DNA of 64,000 nt from Dendrobates tinctorius (taxonomy: Eukaryota). Below the pieces are notes generated by a model. It did no database searches. It saw nothing but the letters and a program-made list of their open reading frames with translations, and was not told where the DNA came from. A program made the position numbers and the translations under genes. The stretch is from assembly GCF_039654945.1 (NCBI RefSeq), contig NW_027361924.1:9920001-9984000 (forward strand), read 5' to 3'. Below are positions 1-12,100 of this stretch, in pieces (within the stretch, counting starts at the first letter, position 1; every line of letters starts with the position of its first letter).

Positions 1-974
1 GTGGAACCTATTTCTCAAGGTCTGGAATCCTTGGAGAGAATAACATCCAAATACACAACTAGACTTGGCTTTGCAGCTTTCCCCTTAACCGTTTATGACT
101 TATAGAAAAGGCCTTACCAGAACTCATAACTAACATTGGGTGTTTACTTGAGAAGGATGTTTCAAATTGGTTCTTCATATTAATAGTAAGCACTGTATGG
201 CTGAACTCCTGCTGTCTATCCTTCCCCTACCCCTGTCTTGTCTTTTTTCTTGTATGTCTAATTTGTTATTATAAATATAATAATATATGCTCCCTTGCAT
301 GGGAGAATGGTTATTGTTTTTGTGTTTTCATATGATGTTTCAAATAAAACTTACTGAAACTAAAACATTTTATGCAGCCCAATTGATACCAATGAACTAT
401 GATGGCTCACCACATAAAAAAACAAGACAGTGTAAAAGCAAAGATCACAATGAGGTGGGAAAAAAAAGAAAATCAACTGAAGATGATTACTTTTCTCTCA
501 TCCTCCTCTTCAACTTCTGACCCAGCTGCCAGGGATTTTGCAGTGAGGTAGAATTGTAGTTCTAATGATGACTCATGCAGAGAAACAGACTTCCTGTTTC
601 TACATAGAGCTTAGAAAGACTCAGATAGACAGTTTTTAATCACGTGATGTCATAGACCTAATAGAAAATGCAAGGATTAACTGAGTAGAAGAGCAAAATA
701 AGCAAATTTAAGTAGTGATACATAATATGGTGGCTGCAATATAATATGAGGATACAATTTTTGATGGGAGGAATGCTTCTTTAGAAATTTAATGAAAAAA
801 ACATACTTAAAAAACAAAAGTTAATAAAATGATCCAAAGTTTCAACAGACAAAAAAATATTATTAATTAAATAAAAAAGTTGTGCATTTTTTGCTTTAAA
901 AATTGCATGTTAGGTATAACCCTAATCATAACCTTTACTTCCAAATTCTGGTTATGCTCAAATTAAGAGGTTAA

Positions 975-1029
<55 letters not shown>

Positions 1030-2240
1030 CATTTATATAGCACCATTTATTCCATGATGCTTTACATGTGAAAAGGGAAATATAGACAAGTACAATAAAC
1101 ATATGCAAGACAAGGGACACACAAGTACAGAAGGAGAGGGGACCCTGCCCGCGAGGGCTCACAGTCTACAGGGATGGGTGAGGATACACTAGCAGAGGGT
1201 AGAGCTGGTTGTGCGACGGTTCAGTAGACTGAGGATCATTGCAGGCTGTAGGTTTGCCGGAAAAGGTGGGTCTTCAGGTTCTTCTTGAAGGTTTCCATTG
1301 TTGGTGAGAGTCTGATGTGTTGCGGCAGAGAGTTCCAGAGTAGGGGGGAAGCACGAGAGAAGTCTTGTATGCAGTTGTGGGAAGATAAGGGGGAGTAGAG
1401 AAGGAGATCTTGAAATGATTGAAGGTTGCATGCAGGTAGGTACTGGGAGACCATGCCACAGATGTATGGGGGAGACAGGTTGTGGATGGCTTTGTATGTC
1501 ATGGTTAGGGTTTTGAACTGGAGCCTCTGGGCAATAGGAAGCCAGTGAAGGGCCTGGCATAGGGGGAGGCTGGGGAATAGCGGGAGACAGGTGGATTAGT
1601 CAGGCAGCAGAGTGTAGGATGGACTGGAGTGGTGCCAGAGTGCTGGAGGGGAGGCCAGAGAGTAGGAGGTTGCAGTAGTCGAGGTGGGAGATGATAAGGG
1701 CGTGCACTAGTGTTTCTGTGGTTTCATGATTGAGGAATGCGTGGATCCGGGAAATATTTTTGAGTTTTAGGCGGCAGGAGGAGGAAAGGGCTTGGATATG
1801 TGGTTTGAAAGAGAGGGCAGAGTTGAGGATCACCCAAAGGCACCGAGCATGCGGGACTAGGGAAAGCAAGCAGCCATTGACAATGATGGATAGGTCTGGT
1901 GGAGGGGTAGAATGAAATGGGTGAAAGATTATGAATTCTGTTTTGTCCATGTTCAGTTTGAGAAAGCGAGCAGAGAAGAAGGCTGAGATAGCAGACAGAC
2001 ATTGTGGGATTTTGGTCAGTAAGGAGGTGAGGTCGGGTCCAGATAGGTAGATCTGCGTGTCATCAGCGTAGAGGTGATCCTGCAAACCGTGGGATTCTAT
2101 GAGCTGTCCCAGGATGAAGGTGTAGATGGAGAATAGTAGGGGTCCTAGGACTGAGCCTTGTGGAACACCGACAGACAGGGTGCGAGGTGAGGAGGCGGTG
2201 TGTGAGAGGGCGACACTAAATGTTCGGTCTGTTAGGTCAT
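975..2240 (-). mobile_element. 5'-truncated L2 (CR1/L2 clade) LINE with (AAT)n tail
   Basis: ORF 1600..2289 has RT motifs [16 protein letters not shown] and YADDTQIY plus the C-terminal L2 domain ([12 protein letters not shown]). The 3' end reads as (TAT)n at 975-1028 on +. Same family as 47850-49608. Confidence 0.9.
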
Positions 2241-2508
2241 ATATGTTGTAAAACAATTTTGGAAACTTTTCTTGTCTTTTCATTGTCACTAATTACTTCA
2301 AATCTCTCTCTCTGTCTTATTTAAATAGTGTAATCTTCTGCAGTGTGTAAAATGATGATGCACATTTTTGCAAATTTTGTGAAATTTTCTCTTGAAGTCG
2401 ATTCGTGAAAAAATTATTCCATCATCTCCCATTGAGACACATTATAACCCTATCAAAATCGGTTAAACAATTGGTTATAATACGTCTATTTCACGACCTT
2501 CTAGAGTC

Positions 2509-3429
2509 ATGGAAAATCACACATTCAATTTCTTCACTTTGACATTTTCTACACTTGCGAGCAATAGGTCAATTTTATCGGTGATCTTTACCCTAATATA
2601 CTTGACCGGAGTGATGGTAAATTTTACCATTGTCATAGTAATATACTGGGATCGGCACTTGCACACCCCCATGTATCTATTCCTAAGCAATCTGTCCTTC
2701 ATTGATATTTGCTACACAACCACTACAGTCCCTAATTTGATTCACATGCTACGTAGCGGGAATTATAAGCTGTCCTTTATACAATGCTTTGCCCAGTTGT
2801 ATGTCTTCAGTCATGTCGTCACTACGGAGGACCTACTGCTCTTCATTATGGCTTATGATCGATATGTCGCCATTTGTAACCCTCTACGTTATCACAGTAT
2901 ATTGAGTAAGAAGAACTGTATCCTGTTCATGACTGCTATCTGGGTTTTCGGGGGCTTCAATTCAATTCTTGCTACGTTGACCACTTCTATAGTCCCAATG
3001 TGCTACTCTAATACAATTGCGCAATTCTTTTGTGAATTGAAAGCATTTGCCAAAATTTCCTGCCCCAATGCTGGTTTCCAATTACTTGCATACATGGAAG
3101 TAATATGTGGTGTAAGCCTTTTTCTTACCAGTATAATATCCTATATCAAGGTGATCATCGTTATCTTGCATATTAGATCTAAAGATGGGAGAAGAAAGGC
3201 TTTCTCCACCTGCTCGTCCCACCTCATAGTCCTCTCCATGTATTATGGCGCCTGGACGTCTGAGTATATTATGCCACCATTTAGGCAGACCCAAGTCTTC
3301 GAACTGACCCTTTCGATTTGGTATGCAGCCATTACTCCCATGTTAAACCCTCTGATATACAGTGTACGGAATAAAGATGTAAAGCGGGCTCTACTGAAAA
3401 TGATGGGGGGCAAAGTAAGGAATGAATAG
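2509..3429 (+). CDS. Olfactory receptor, class II (gamma-type), intact, 306 aa
   Basis: Motifs LHTPMYLFL, MAYDRYVAICNPLRY, FFCE, KAFSTCSSHL, PMLNPLIYS; N-glycosylation site NHT; pyrimidine-rich ...ttctag acceptor just before the ATG. Confidence 0.97.
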   Translation: MENHTFNFFTLTFSTLASNRSILSVIFTLIYLTGVMVNFTIVIVIYWDRHLHTPMYLFLSNLSFIDICYTTTTVPNLIHMLRSGNYKLSFIQCFAQLYVFSHVVTTEDLLLFIMAYDRYVAICNPLRYHSILSKKNCILFMTAIWVFGGFNSILATLTTSIVPMCYSNTIAQFFCELKAFAKISCPNAGFQLLAYMEVICGVSLFLTSIISYIKVIIVILHIRSKDGRRKAFSTCSSHLIVLSMYYGAWTSEYIMPPFRQTQVFELTLSIWYAAITPMLNPLIYSVRNKDVKRALLKMMGGKVRNE

Positions 3430-3745
3430 AGAGAGACATAATGAAAAAAAACAAAATTAAAACGTTTTCTAAGCAAAATGTCGAATTTTAGGATCTATCA
3501 ACTTTTTATGTATATATGTAAGAAAAAATATGCACCAAGATAAAGAAAAACTACTGTATATATTCAACTATTGAAGAATCATTACTTTAGTTTTCTTATT
3601 GTAATTAAACTATCTTTTTTTACCCCCTTTACAACCAGGCGATATTCCGTTTTTTCATTTTTGTCTTTTTCTCCCATTATTCCATGACCCATAGCTTTTT
3701 TTATTTCTCCATCCACACAGTTATATGAGGGATTGTTTTCTGTTA

Positions 3746-4164
3746 GGGTGGTTTCACATTAGCGTTTCAGGGCGCAGCGATGGCCTGCGCACGGCTGCCG
3801 CTAAGCCCCGCCCCCTGCCGTGCCTCCTCCGGTAGCTCCGCCTACCGGCGCATGACGCTGCATGTGTCCTGCGTCCCCTATCTTTATCACTGGGGATGCA
3901 GGCCGTGCGCAGTATGCGTTTGGTGGCACAGGCGCCGAGCGCAACCAAATTGCAACAGGTTGCGTTTGGCACTGGTCGGCGCACTGTCAAAAGGACGCAT
4001 GCGCCGCCAAACGCATAATGTGCACGACCTGCGTTCCCAGTGATAAAGATAGGTGATGCAGGCCGGTAGGCGGAGCTACAGGAGGAGGCGCGGCAGGGGT
4101 GTGGCTTAGCAGCGGCCGTGCGCAGGCCGTCGCTGCGCCCTGAAATGCTAATGTGAAACCACCC
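3746..4164. mobile_element. Palindromic Harbinger/Tourist-like MITE
   Basis: TIR gggtggtttcacattagc ... gctaatgtgaaaccaccc; TTA TSD at 3743-3745 and 4165-4167; long imperfect inverted arms; GC/CpG rich. Confidence 0.85.
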
Positions 4165-5024
4165 TTAGACAGTGGGAAAAAATTCCAACTGCCATGAAAT
4201 CGCAAAAAAAGTACAATTTAATAATAGCTATATGAGTTTTTTTATTTACCACGTTCACTATGCAATAAAACTGACCTGATAATATGATTCTCCAGGTCAG
4301 TATGATTACGCAGATTCCAAACATGCATAGGTTTTTTTTAAGTGGTGAAAAAAAATCAGAAATTTGCAAAAAACAGAAAAAAACTTTTGGCTTGGCTTGT
4401 GTCGCCATTTTCCAACACCGGGAACACTTTAAATTTTTGGTGATATGGAGCTGTGCGAGGGATTATTTTTGTGCCCTTAGCTGCTATTTTGAGGTTGATA
4501 CAAGCTTTTGATCATCTCTTATTACATTTTATTGCAGTGTTCCTGTGGCCAAAAAAAACATAATTCTGGCATTTCAATTTTTTTTCTCGTTATATCTTTT
4601 ATGGATCAGATTAATTTATTTTATATTTTGATAGATCGGGTGTTTCTGAAAACAGCACCACCAAATATGTGTATTTTTTAAATTGTTTTATTTTTAACCC
4701 TTTCATGACCTCAGCTTTTTTTGGATTTGCGCTTTCATTTTTCACTCCCCTTCTTTCCAGAGCCATAACCTTTTTATTTTTCCATCAATATGGCCATGTG
4801 AGGGCTTATTTTTTTTTGCGGGACATGTTGTACTTTTTAACAACACCATTGGTTTTACCATGTACTCGAAAATGGGGGGAAAAATTCCAAGTGCGGTGAA
4901 ATTGCTTAAAAGTGCAATCCCACACTTGTTTTTTGTTTGGCTTTTTTCGCTAGGTTCACTGAATGGTAAAAACTACCCTGCCATTATGATTTTCCAGGTC
5001 ATTACAAGTTCATAGACACCAAAC

Positions 5025-5475
5025 TTTACAAGCAAGGAGGAACAACGAGTATATGTTGCCAATAACTTCAAAAAGAAAACAGATCTCCAATCCTTCCAAA
5101 ACATGTGCCAAACGATATAGTGGGATCAGATAAATAAGTATTTACAGCATAATAACTACCTAGTACACATCAACCACTATGCCGTTACAAGTATATCATG
5201 TAGTACTATGTACAAATAAATAAACATATCAGGTGCTGTGACTGCCTTAACTCACAAAGTGTTATGCCACTACTTATAAATCATACAGTACTATATATGG
5301 GTAAATTAACATTTCCAGTGCTGTGACCGCCTCCGAACCACAAAGTAATATGCCGCCACATATGCATCACATAATGCGTCATAAAAGAAGAAATAGTGAG
5401 GAATAATTACCCATAGATGTGCGAGAAGTCCCGTCCAGACCCAGGTAATATACCCCGATGCGCGTTTCGCGTACA
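5025..5475 (-). mobile_element. Probable Penelope-like element terminal fragment
   Basis: Minus strand reads gcgaaacgcgcatcgggg at ~5452-5470, the GAAAC-palindrome half of a PLE hammerhead. It interrupts the host MITE right after catagacaccaaac. Confidence 0.45.
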
Positions 5476-5649
5476 CAGGATGTCAGCGACCAGTAAGAGG
5501 TTAATGGGGTTTTATGGGTTTATTTTATTTTTCATATTTATAAAAACTTTTTTTGGACATTTCACTGTATTTAATAGTCCCCTTAAGGGATTTGAAGCTG
5601 CGATCATATCTGATCACTTGTGCTATAGATACAGTACATCATCATTGCT

Positions 5650-5959
5650 ATGTACTGTTGCTGCATTGTGCGCAAACTTGGTGAAGAACTACAGGAAACA
5701 TCTGACCTCTATAATTGCAAACAGATTTCTGTACCAAATATTAAGTGCTCTTTTTCTATTGTATCAGATACTTATTTCATGAAATAAAATGAAAATTAAT
5801 TATGCAGCAATCACACAATGTGATTTTTTTGTTTAATTTTTAGATTCTGTCTCTCACAGGTGAAGCGTACCTACAATAAAAATTACAGACCTCTCCATTC
5901 TTTGAAGGTGGGAAAACTTACAAAATCAGCAGTGTATCAAATAGTTATTTTCCCCACTG
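5650..5959 (+). mobile_element. Tc1 transposon 3' fragment
   Basis: Transposase C-terminus (CANLVKNYRKHLTSIIANR) followed by a right end ...ccccactg and TA. Confidence 0.75.
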
Positions 5960-7436
5960 TATGAACGCCTACTAAATGCTTGATTTCTCAAAAGTATCAT
6001 AATATCTGCCATGGGGTCATCAGCAGAGTTTCAACTGTCATGGCAACCCATCGGTGCCTTAACTTCTTGCCACTTCCAAAAATTTTCTAGCTTGTTCATG
6101 AAAACTCATTTATACAGACATAATATAGCTGAATGCAGGTCATTGGACCCAGATCAACATCACTAAGGCCTCCTTCACACATTCTGGTGATTCCTGTATT
6201 CCTGTATTCGTCATCACCCCGATGTAACTATTGTTCACAGATGAGTCTCCAGTAGAGCAGCTTGGTGAGCTTTCTTTCTTTTCCTTTGGTAGATATGATT
6301 TGTGCTTATTTAAGAAAATATTGAAAATTTAACAAAAAAAAATTTTGCAAATTTCAATTTTTATGCCATTAAATCAGATAGTTAAACCACACGAAATAAT
6401 TAATAAATAACATTTCCCACATGTCTACTTTATAATAGCATAATTTTTTAAACATAATTCTTTTTTTGTTAGTAAGTTAGAAGGGCTAAAAGTTTATCAG
6501 CAATTTTTCCAAAAATATTTATGAAAACTTCTTTTTTAGGGACACAGCACATTGGAAGTGACTTTAAGGGGCTATAAGACAGAAAACACCCAAAAGTAAC
6601 ACCACTTTAAAAACTGGACCGCTCAAAGTGCTCAAAACCCCAATCAAGAAGTATATTAACCCATGACGTGCATCACAGGAATTAAAACAATGTGGAAGGA
6701 AAAAAATAATTTTAATTTTTCCCTCATAAATGTTGCTTTAGCCCCAAATGTTTCATTTTCACAAGGATAAAAGGACACAATGGACCCCAAAATTTGTTCT
6801 GAAATTTCTCCTGAGTACTCTGATACCCCATACTAGGTGGAAAACTACTGTGTGGCTGCAAGGCAGGGCTCAGAACAGAAGGAGCACCATTTGACTTTTG
6901 GAGCTCAAAATTGGCTGGAACAAAAAGCCTGGCTATCACTTAAAACCAAGCTCCCAGTGATGACCATGCGGACACAACTCCTGTGCCTTCATGATGGCCA
7001 GGATTTACTGGTACGTCCATTTGTTGGAACGCACTTCAACTAAGAGGGAAGAGCTCTTTGTCTAACTCCTCCCTCCTCCACCGCCCCCCCAAATAGAATC
7101 ATATCAGTAGCAACAGTCATCTTGATCTCAGTAATTTAAACATCTGTAAGGCATTGATTAAGGTATCTAAAATAAAATCAACCATGCACACTAAATAACG
7201 CCCTTAGGGGCTTCTTATAATTGAAATTTTACATTTATAGATGAGCAAATTACAGTAAAGAGAATAAAATATAAATAATATCTTAATTACCAAAATGTTG
7301 GTTCTTCTCTCTGTAGAAAATCCCACAGCAAATTGTAGGTTCGTCACTAAATATATAAATAAATATATTGTCTTGAAATAAATGCACTCAAAGCGAAATT
7401 ACGCTCAGAGGTGAGATGATTCTAATATATAATATA

Positions 7437-7949
7437 CAGTTGTGGCCAAAAGTATTGACACCCCTGCAATTCTGTCAGATAATACTCAGTTTCTTCCTGA
7501 AATGGTTTGAGAGAAAGCACTGGAGACTTCTAAGGTGGCCAGCAATGAGTCCAGACCTGAATCCCATAGAACACCTGTGGAGAGATCTAAAAATGGCAGT
7601 TTGGAGAAGGCACCCTTTGCCAAAGAAGAATGGTCTAAAATTCCAGCAGAGCATTGTAAGAAACTCATTGATGGTTACCGGAAGCGGTTGGTCGCAGTTA
7701 TTTTGGCTAAAGGTTGTGCAACCAATTATTAGGCTGAGGGTGCCAATACTTTTGTCTGGCCCATTTTTGGAGTTTTGTGTGAAATGATCAATGTTTTGCT
7801 TTTTGCTTCATTCTCTTTTGTGTTTTTTCATTTAAGACAAATTAAATGAAGATAATAATACCAAAGAATTTGTGTTTGCAATCATTTTCAGGAAGAAACT
7901 GAGTATTCTGACAGAATTGCAGGGGTGTCAATACTTTTGGCCACAACTG
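7437..7949 (+). mobile_element. Internally deleted Tc1 element
   Basis: TIR cagttgtggccaaaagtattgacacccctgc at both ends; TA TSD; transposase motif WPAMSPDLNPIEHLW and C-terminal EEWSKIPAEHCKKLI. Confidence 0.93.
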
Positions 7950-8963
7950 TAATTGTAGAAAATGATCTAAAATTACTGAAGCGATATTGTAAGCTATTGT
8001 AAGGTAATACTAATTTAATCAAAAAGTTTAAGAGATTCAACTAGGTTGTTGAAAAACTAGAAATTGTATTTTTATTTTTACTTAGCATTTTTTAATTTTA
8101 GCATTTATATTCTTATGTTTTGTGTTGGAATGCAATTTTCTATAATAGGAAAAAATCTTATGACTTATGGATAAATATTAGCTATAACCTTAAATATAAT
8201 TGTACTTTGTTTCTTTATAAATCATTTGCTCTGACCGACCAAATTTATCTTTGCATGTTTCTCGTCAGATTTTACAAATCACATTTCATTTTTTAAAGTG
8301 TATTTTAGAAATTTTCTTTTCGATGCTAAGCCACTGGCAAAAATACAATTTTCCCATTTTTTTGGTATTTATATTTTTTGGTGTAAAACAAAAAATAAAG
8401 GCAACAAAATGTTTGTGAAAATCAAAAATTACCGTAGGTAAAAACTACAACCTAACAGATACCTTAGTTTGAAAATAAATTTTAAAATAAAGGAAAATTT
8501 CAGACATCTTTCCAAAGCTAATTAAAGCCTCTCTGCCTCAGTTATAATCACTTTTAAGTCTGAAGTTAAAGATTCACAGATGAGTCTCCAGTAGAGCTAG
8601 CATCATGTAGAAATGTCCATACATGGATACATGGCTAGTATCAGTTGCCAGCTGACTTCACATTTGCTTTACAGCTCTACCAATTTTTCCATGTTCCACA
8701 GGGGAAATATCCATGCCTGGTAGTGACTTATTTCGTGCCTTGTGTTGCCGATCTTCCTTTCTCCAGTGACTGGTGTAAGAAGACTATCGGTCTTCCCTTA
8801 TTTGGCTTGGTCAACTTTAAACAAATGTAATTTTCCTCATCCCAAATGAGTGAACTTGTCTTCTTTAACCGCATTATGTAACTTCGCGAATCTGAAAAAA
8901 ATTTAACTTAAGTAAAATGTTTATGAAGCTCTAAAATGATTGACTTTCTTTTAGTCGAACCTC

Positions 8964-9896
8964 ATGGAAAATCACACATATCAATACTTTGTGCTAACCT
9001 TTACTACACATGAGGAGAATAGGCCATTTTTATCTTTTTTCTTTGTCCTTATATACCTGATCGGAGTACTTGCTAATTCAGCCACCATTATCGTAGTATA
9101 TTATGATCGGCACTTACACACCCCCATGTATCTATTCCTGTGCAATTTATCCATTGTTGACCTCTGCTACACAACGTCCACTGTTCCCAAGTTGGTTCAC
9201 ATGTTCCTCAGTGGTGTCTACACCTTGTCTTTCACCCAGTGCTTTGTCCAGATGTACTTCTTCAGCCATGTTGTCACTACGGAGGACCTTTTGCTCTTCA
9301 TTATGGCTTATGATCGATATGTTGCCATTTGTCACCCTCTATATTATCACCGAATGTTGAGTAAGAAGAACTGCATCTTTTTCATGGTAGTTGTATGGAC
9401 CACTGGATTTCTTAACTCACTTTCCTTAACATTGACGACATCTTACATCCCATTGTGTTATTCTAATACAGTCACACAATTTTTTTGCGAATTCAAAGCC
9501 TTTGCCAAAATCGCCTGTCCCAATGCTGGATTCCAGCTGTTCACCTACATGGAAGCTGTAATTTTTGGTTTTGGCCCCTTTTTGTTCAGTATATTATCTT
9601 ATATTAAGGTCATCGTTGTGATCTTACATATTAAATCTAGTGATGGGAGAAGAAAGGCTTTCTCCACCTGCTCGTCCCACCTCATAGTTCTCAGCATGTT
9701 CTATGGCACATGGATGTCCGTATATATAATGCCACCATTAAAAGATCCTCGGGTCTTTGAATTAACCCTATCTGTTCTGTATTCAACCATCACTCCCATG
9801 TTAAACCCTCTGATATTCAGTGTACGGAATAAAGATATAAAGATGGCTCTAATTAAAATGGTGAAGCACAAAATCAGAGGGAGTCAATCTTTATGA
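8964..9896 (+). CDS. Olfactory receptor, class II (gamma-type), intact, 310 aa; close paralog of 2509..3429
   Basis: LHTPMYLFL, MAYDRYVAICHPL, KAFSTCSSHL, PMLNPLIFS; acceptor ctttcttttag shortly before the ATG. Confidence 0.97.
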   Translation: MENHTYQYFVLTFTTHEENRPFLSFFFVLIYLIGVLANSATIIVVYYDRHLHTPMYLFLCNLSIVDLCYTTSTVPKLVHMFLSGVYTLSFTQCFVQMYFFSHVVTTEDLLLFIMAYDRYVAICHPLYYHRMLSKKNCIFFMVVVWTTGFLNSLSLTLTTSYIPLCYSNTVTQFFCEFKAFAKIACPNAGFQLFTYMEAVIFGFGPFLFSILSYIKVIVVILHIKSSDGRRKAFSTCSSHLIVLSMFYGTWMSVYIMPPLKDPRVFELTLSVLYSTITPMLNPLIFSVRNKDIKMALIKMVKHKIRGSQSL

Positions 9897-10499
9897 CTAC
9901 ATTGTTAATTTTTTTTGCAAGATGTCCTTGGACATGTTATGTTACAGAACCTTAAAGGGCTATTATTATGTTATTAAATAGCTTTAGTTAGACAGCAGAA
10001 AAGTAAGCACATTTGCAATTGACTTTATTTTAGAATCTTCTTTCAATAACCCACAATGACTGCTTTTTTCTTCCATAGCGTACAACTTGTTTCCAAGGAG
10101 CTCAGCCACTAATACCTGGCAGAGTGTGCACAGTAGCTACATTTCCGTAGATGAGTTAACTCCTAACATTCCAGTCAGCTCCCTTTAGCCTTTTGTTTTC
10201 CATTTAAAGTCAGCTGCTGACATCCCTCCCACTCTCTCTCATCTCCTGACCAAGGTGCTCTTATCAGACCTGTACAATCTCCAGTTACTGGCCTCCTGTA
10301 TGGGTGGTTTCCAGTGTAGTTCTCCTAATTATGAATCTTACTTTCCTGAGCTGTGTGCTTGTTCATTAATGTGTCGTAGCAGGGTGAAGCTCATGGATCA
10401 ACATTGTAACTCAAATAGTAGTGTGCATCCCACCCCCAAGCAACCATAAGCTCTTATTTGGATAGTCAATCCTGTAAGTTTTCTTATTGTCATGTTGTT

Positions 10500-10960
10500 G
10501 TTGGTACCATTGGGATAATATCATTGATTTTCACTGTAGAAGTTTAATCAAATATGCCAAATAGATTGCTTGATGCCCCCTTGGCTTGGCCAAGAGGTTT
10601 GAAGCACCGTCCTGCCCACAAATTATACATGCCTCTACCTTCCTCACTGATGATTGACAGTTCTGACCAGCCAAAGGTTTCCCTGCAGACAGTGGCCACA
10701 TAATGCAAGCTAGTGCCATCAACCACCACTTAAGGGAGGCAGGGAGATGCAAAAACAGTGGACGGAACAGTGCTCTGAGACATTTGTCCACACCGAGTGT
10801 GCTGAAAAAACCTAATCAGCATTATAAATTAAACTTCAACTTCTGCAGAACTGAGAATATTTTTACAACATTAACTTTGCCTTTTTTTCGAGGGGTAATG
10901 TACTCCACAAGGCAGTGTCAAATTTGGTTGATAGACTACCCTAAAAGGAGGAAATTTCTA
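10500..10960 (-). mobile_element. Possible degenerate L1/Tx1 ORF2 C-terminal fragment
   Basis: Broken-frame peptides resembling the L1 Cys-rich end (DKCLR, IMWP, LFGIFD). Weak. Confidence 0.3.
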
Positions 10961-11298
10961 GAATTATTATAGAAAATTATTTTAATACTTTGCTTAATAT
11001 TTTTTTATTTCAATTCTGATTCCCAAATATTGCAACCAAAATAAAATTATCTCTTATAATAGGAAGCAATTAAATGGGTTTTACATATTTCATAAAAACG
11101 CAACCAAGAGCCAGTAATGAGTTAGGAAAAAAATCAGTAATAACAACATGTACAGCATGTAATCATTGGCTCCAGCACTCTCAAGAATAAATTGTGGCAT
11201 ATGATCACTCCATTTGACTGAAGATGCATTGGATTGGATAAGTTAATATGGTGTTTTCTTATTTAACCTATTCCCTGCTCTTGGCATGGAATAGGTTA

Positions 11299-11505
11299 AA
11301 TCATAGAATCATAAAATCGTCGTAGAGTTGGAAGGGACCTCCTGGGCCATCTGGTCCAACCCCCTGCTCAAAGCAGGTTTCGCTAAATCATCCCAGACAG
11401 ATGTCTGTCCAGTCTCTGTTTAAAGACTTCAATTGAAGGAGAACTCACCACCTCTAGTGGCAGTCTGTTCCACTCATTGATCACTCTAACTGTCAAAAAG
11501 TTTTT
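11299..11505 (-). mobile_element. CR1 LINE 3' end
   Basis: ORF2 terminus FLTVRVINEWNRLPLEVVSSPSIEVFKQRLDRHL and an (ATTCTATG)-like tail (tcatagaatcataaaatc on +). Confidence 0.9.
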
Positions 11506-11679
11506 TTGACAGTTTTTTGACCTCTCACCACTCCAGTTGGAACACACTGAGCAGAGCTCGAGAACACGGCTGCCTGTGACATCATTAAGGTTACCACCAG
11601 TCACTGCAGCTGCGGTCTCACACTCAGATCAGTGTTTCCCTGTTACTTGCCACAGGTGAATTTGAATTACTATCACATG

Positions 11680-11916
11680 GTTGAAACAAAGTTGTTTACC
11701 CACAATTTTTGAAAGGTGACAACAATTTTGTCCTGCTCATTTTGGGGGTTTTGTGTGAAATTATATCCAATTTGCCTTTTTTTTCTGATTTTGGGGTTGT
11801 TCCGACACACACAAAGGAAATAAATACAAAACATGTGGCACTGCAATAATTTTCTGGGTAAAATACTTAATTTTCCTGAACAATTTCAAGAATGCGAACA
11901 CTTTCGACCATGGCTG
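11680..11916. mobile_element. Tc1 terminal fragment
   Basis: Tc1-type end sequence (aaggtgacaacaattttgtc ... gaacactttcgaccatggctg). Confidence 0.6.
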
Positions 11917-12100
11917 TTGTTTTTACCATATTCTACGGCACCTGGATGTCTACATATCTAACGCTACAATTAGAAGATCCGCAGGTCTTAGAAACAACTT
12001 TTTCTATTCTGTACTTTATCATTACTCCCACCTTAAATCTGCTGATATACAGTGTACTGAAAAAAAATGTAAAAAGGGGTCTGATGAAACTGGCGAAGAT
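11917..12100 (+). pseudogene. OR pseudogene remnant (TM6-TM7 only)
   Basis: VFTIFYGTWMSTYLTLQLEDPQVLETTFSILYFIITPTLNLLIYSVLKKNVKRGL aligns with TM6-7 of the 8964 OR. The upstream part is replaced by Tc1 sequence. Confidence 0.85.

Larger units (their letters stand above)
3620..7040. mobile_element. Nested remnants of non-autonomous piggyBac-like (TTAA/CCCY) elements
   Basis: Starts resembling ttaa-cccY at ~3620 and 4694-4698. The internal sequence (ccattatgatt.tccagg.cattac.agttcataga) matches 59338-60900. Right boundary uncertain. Confidence 0.55.
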
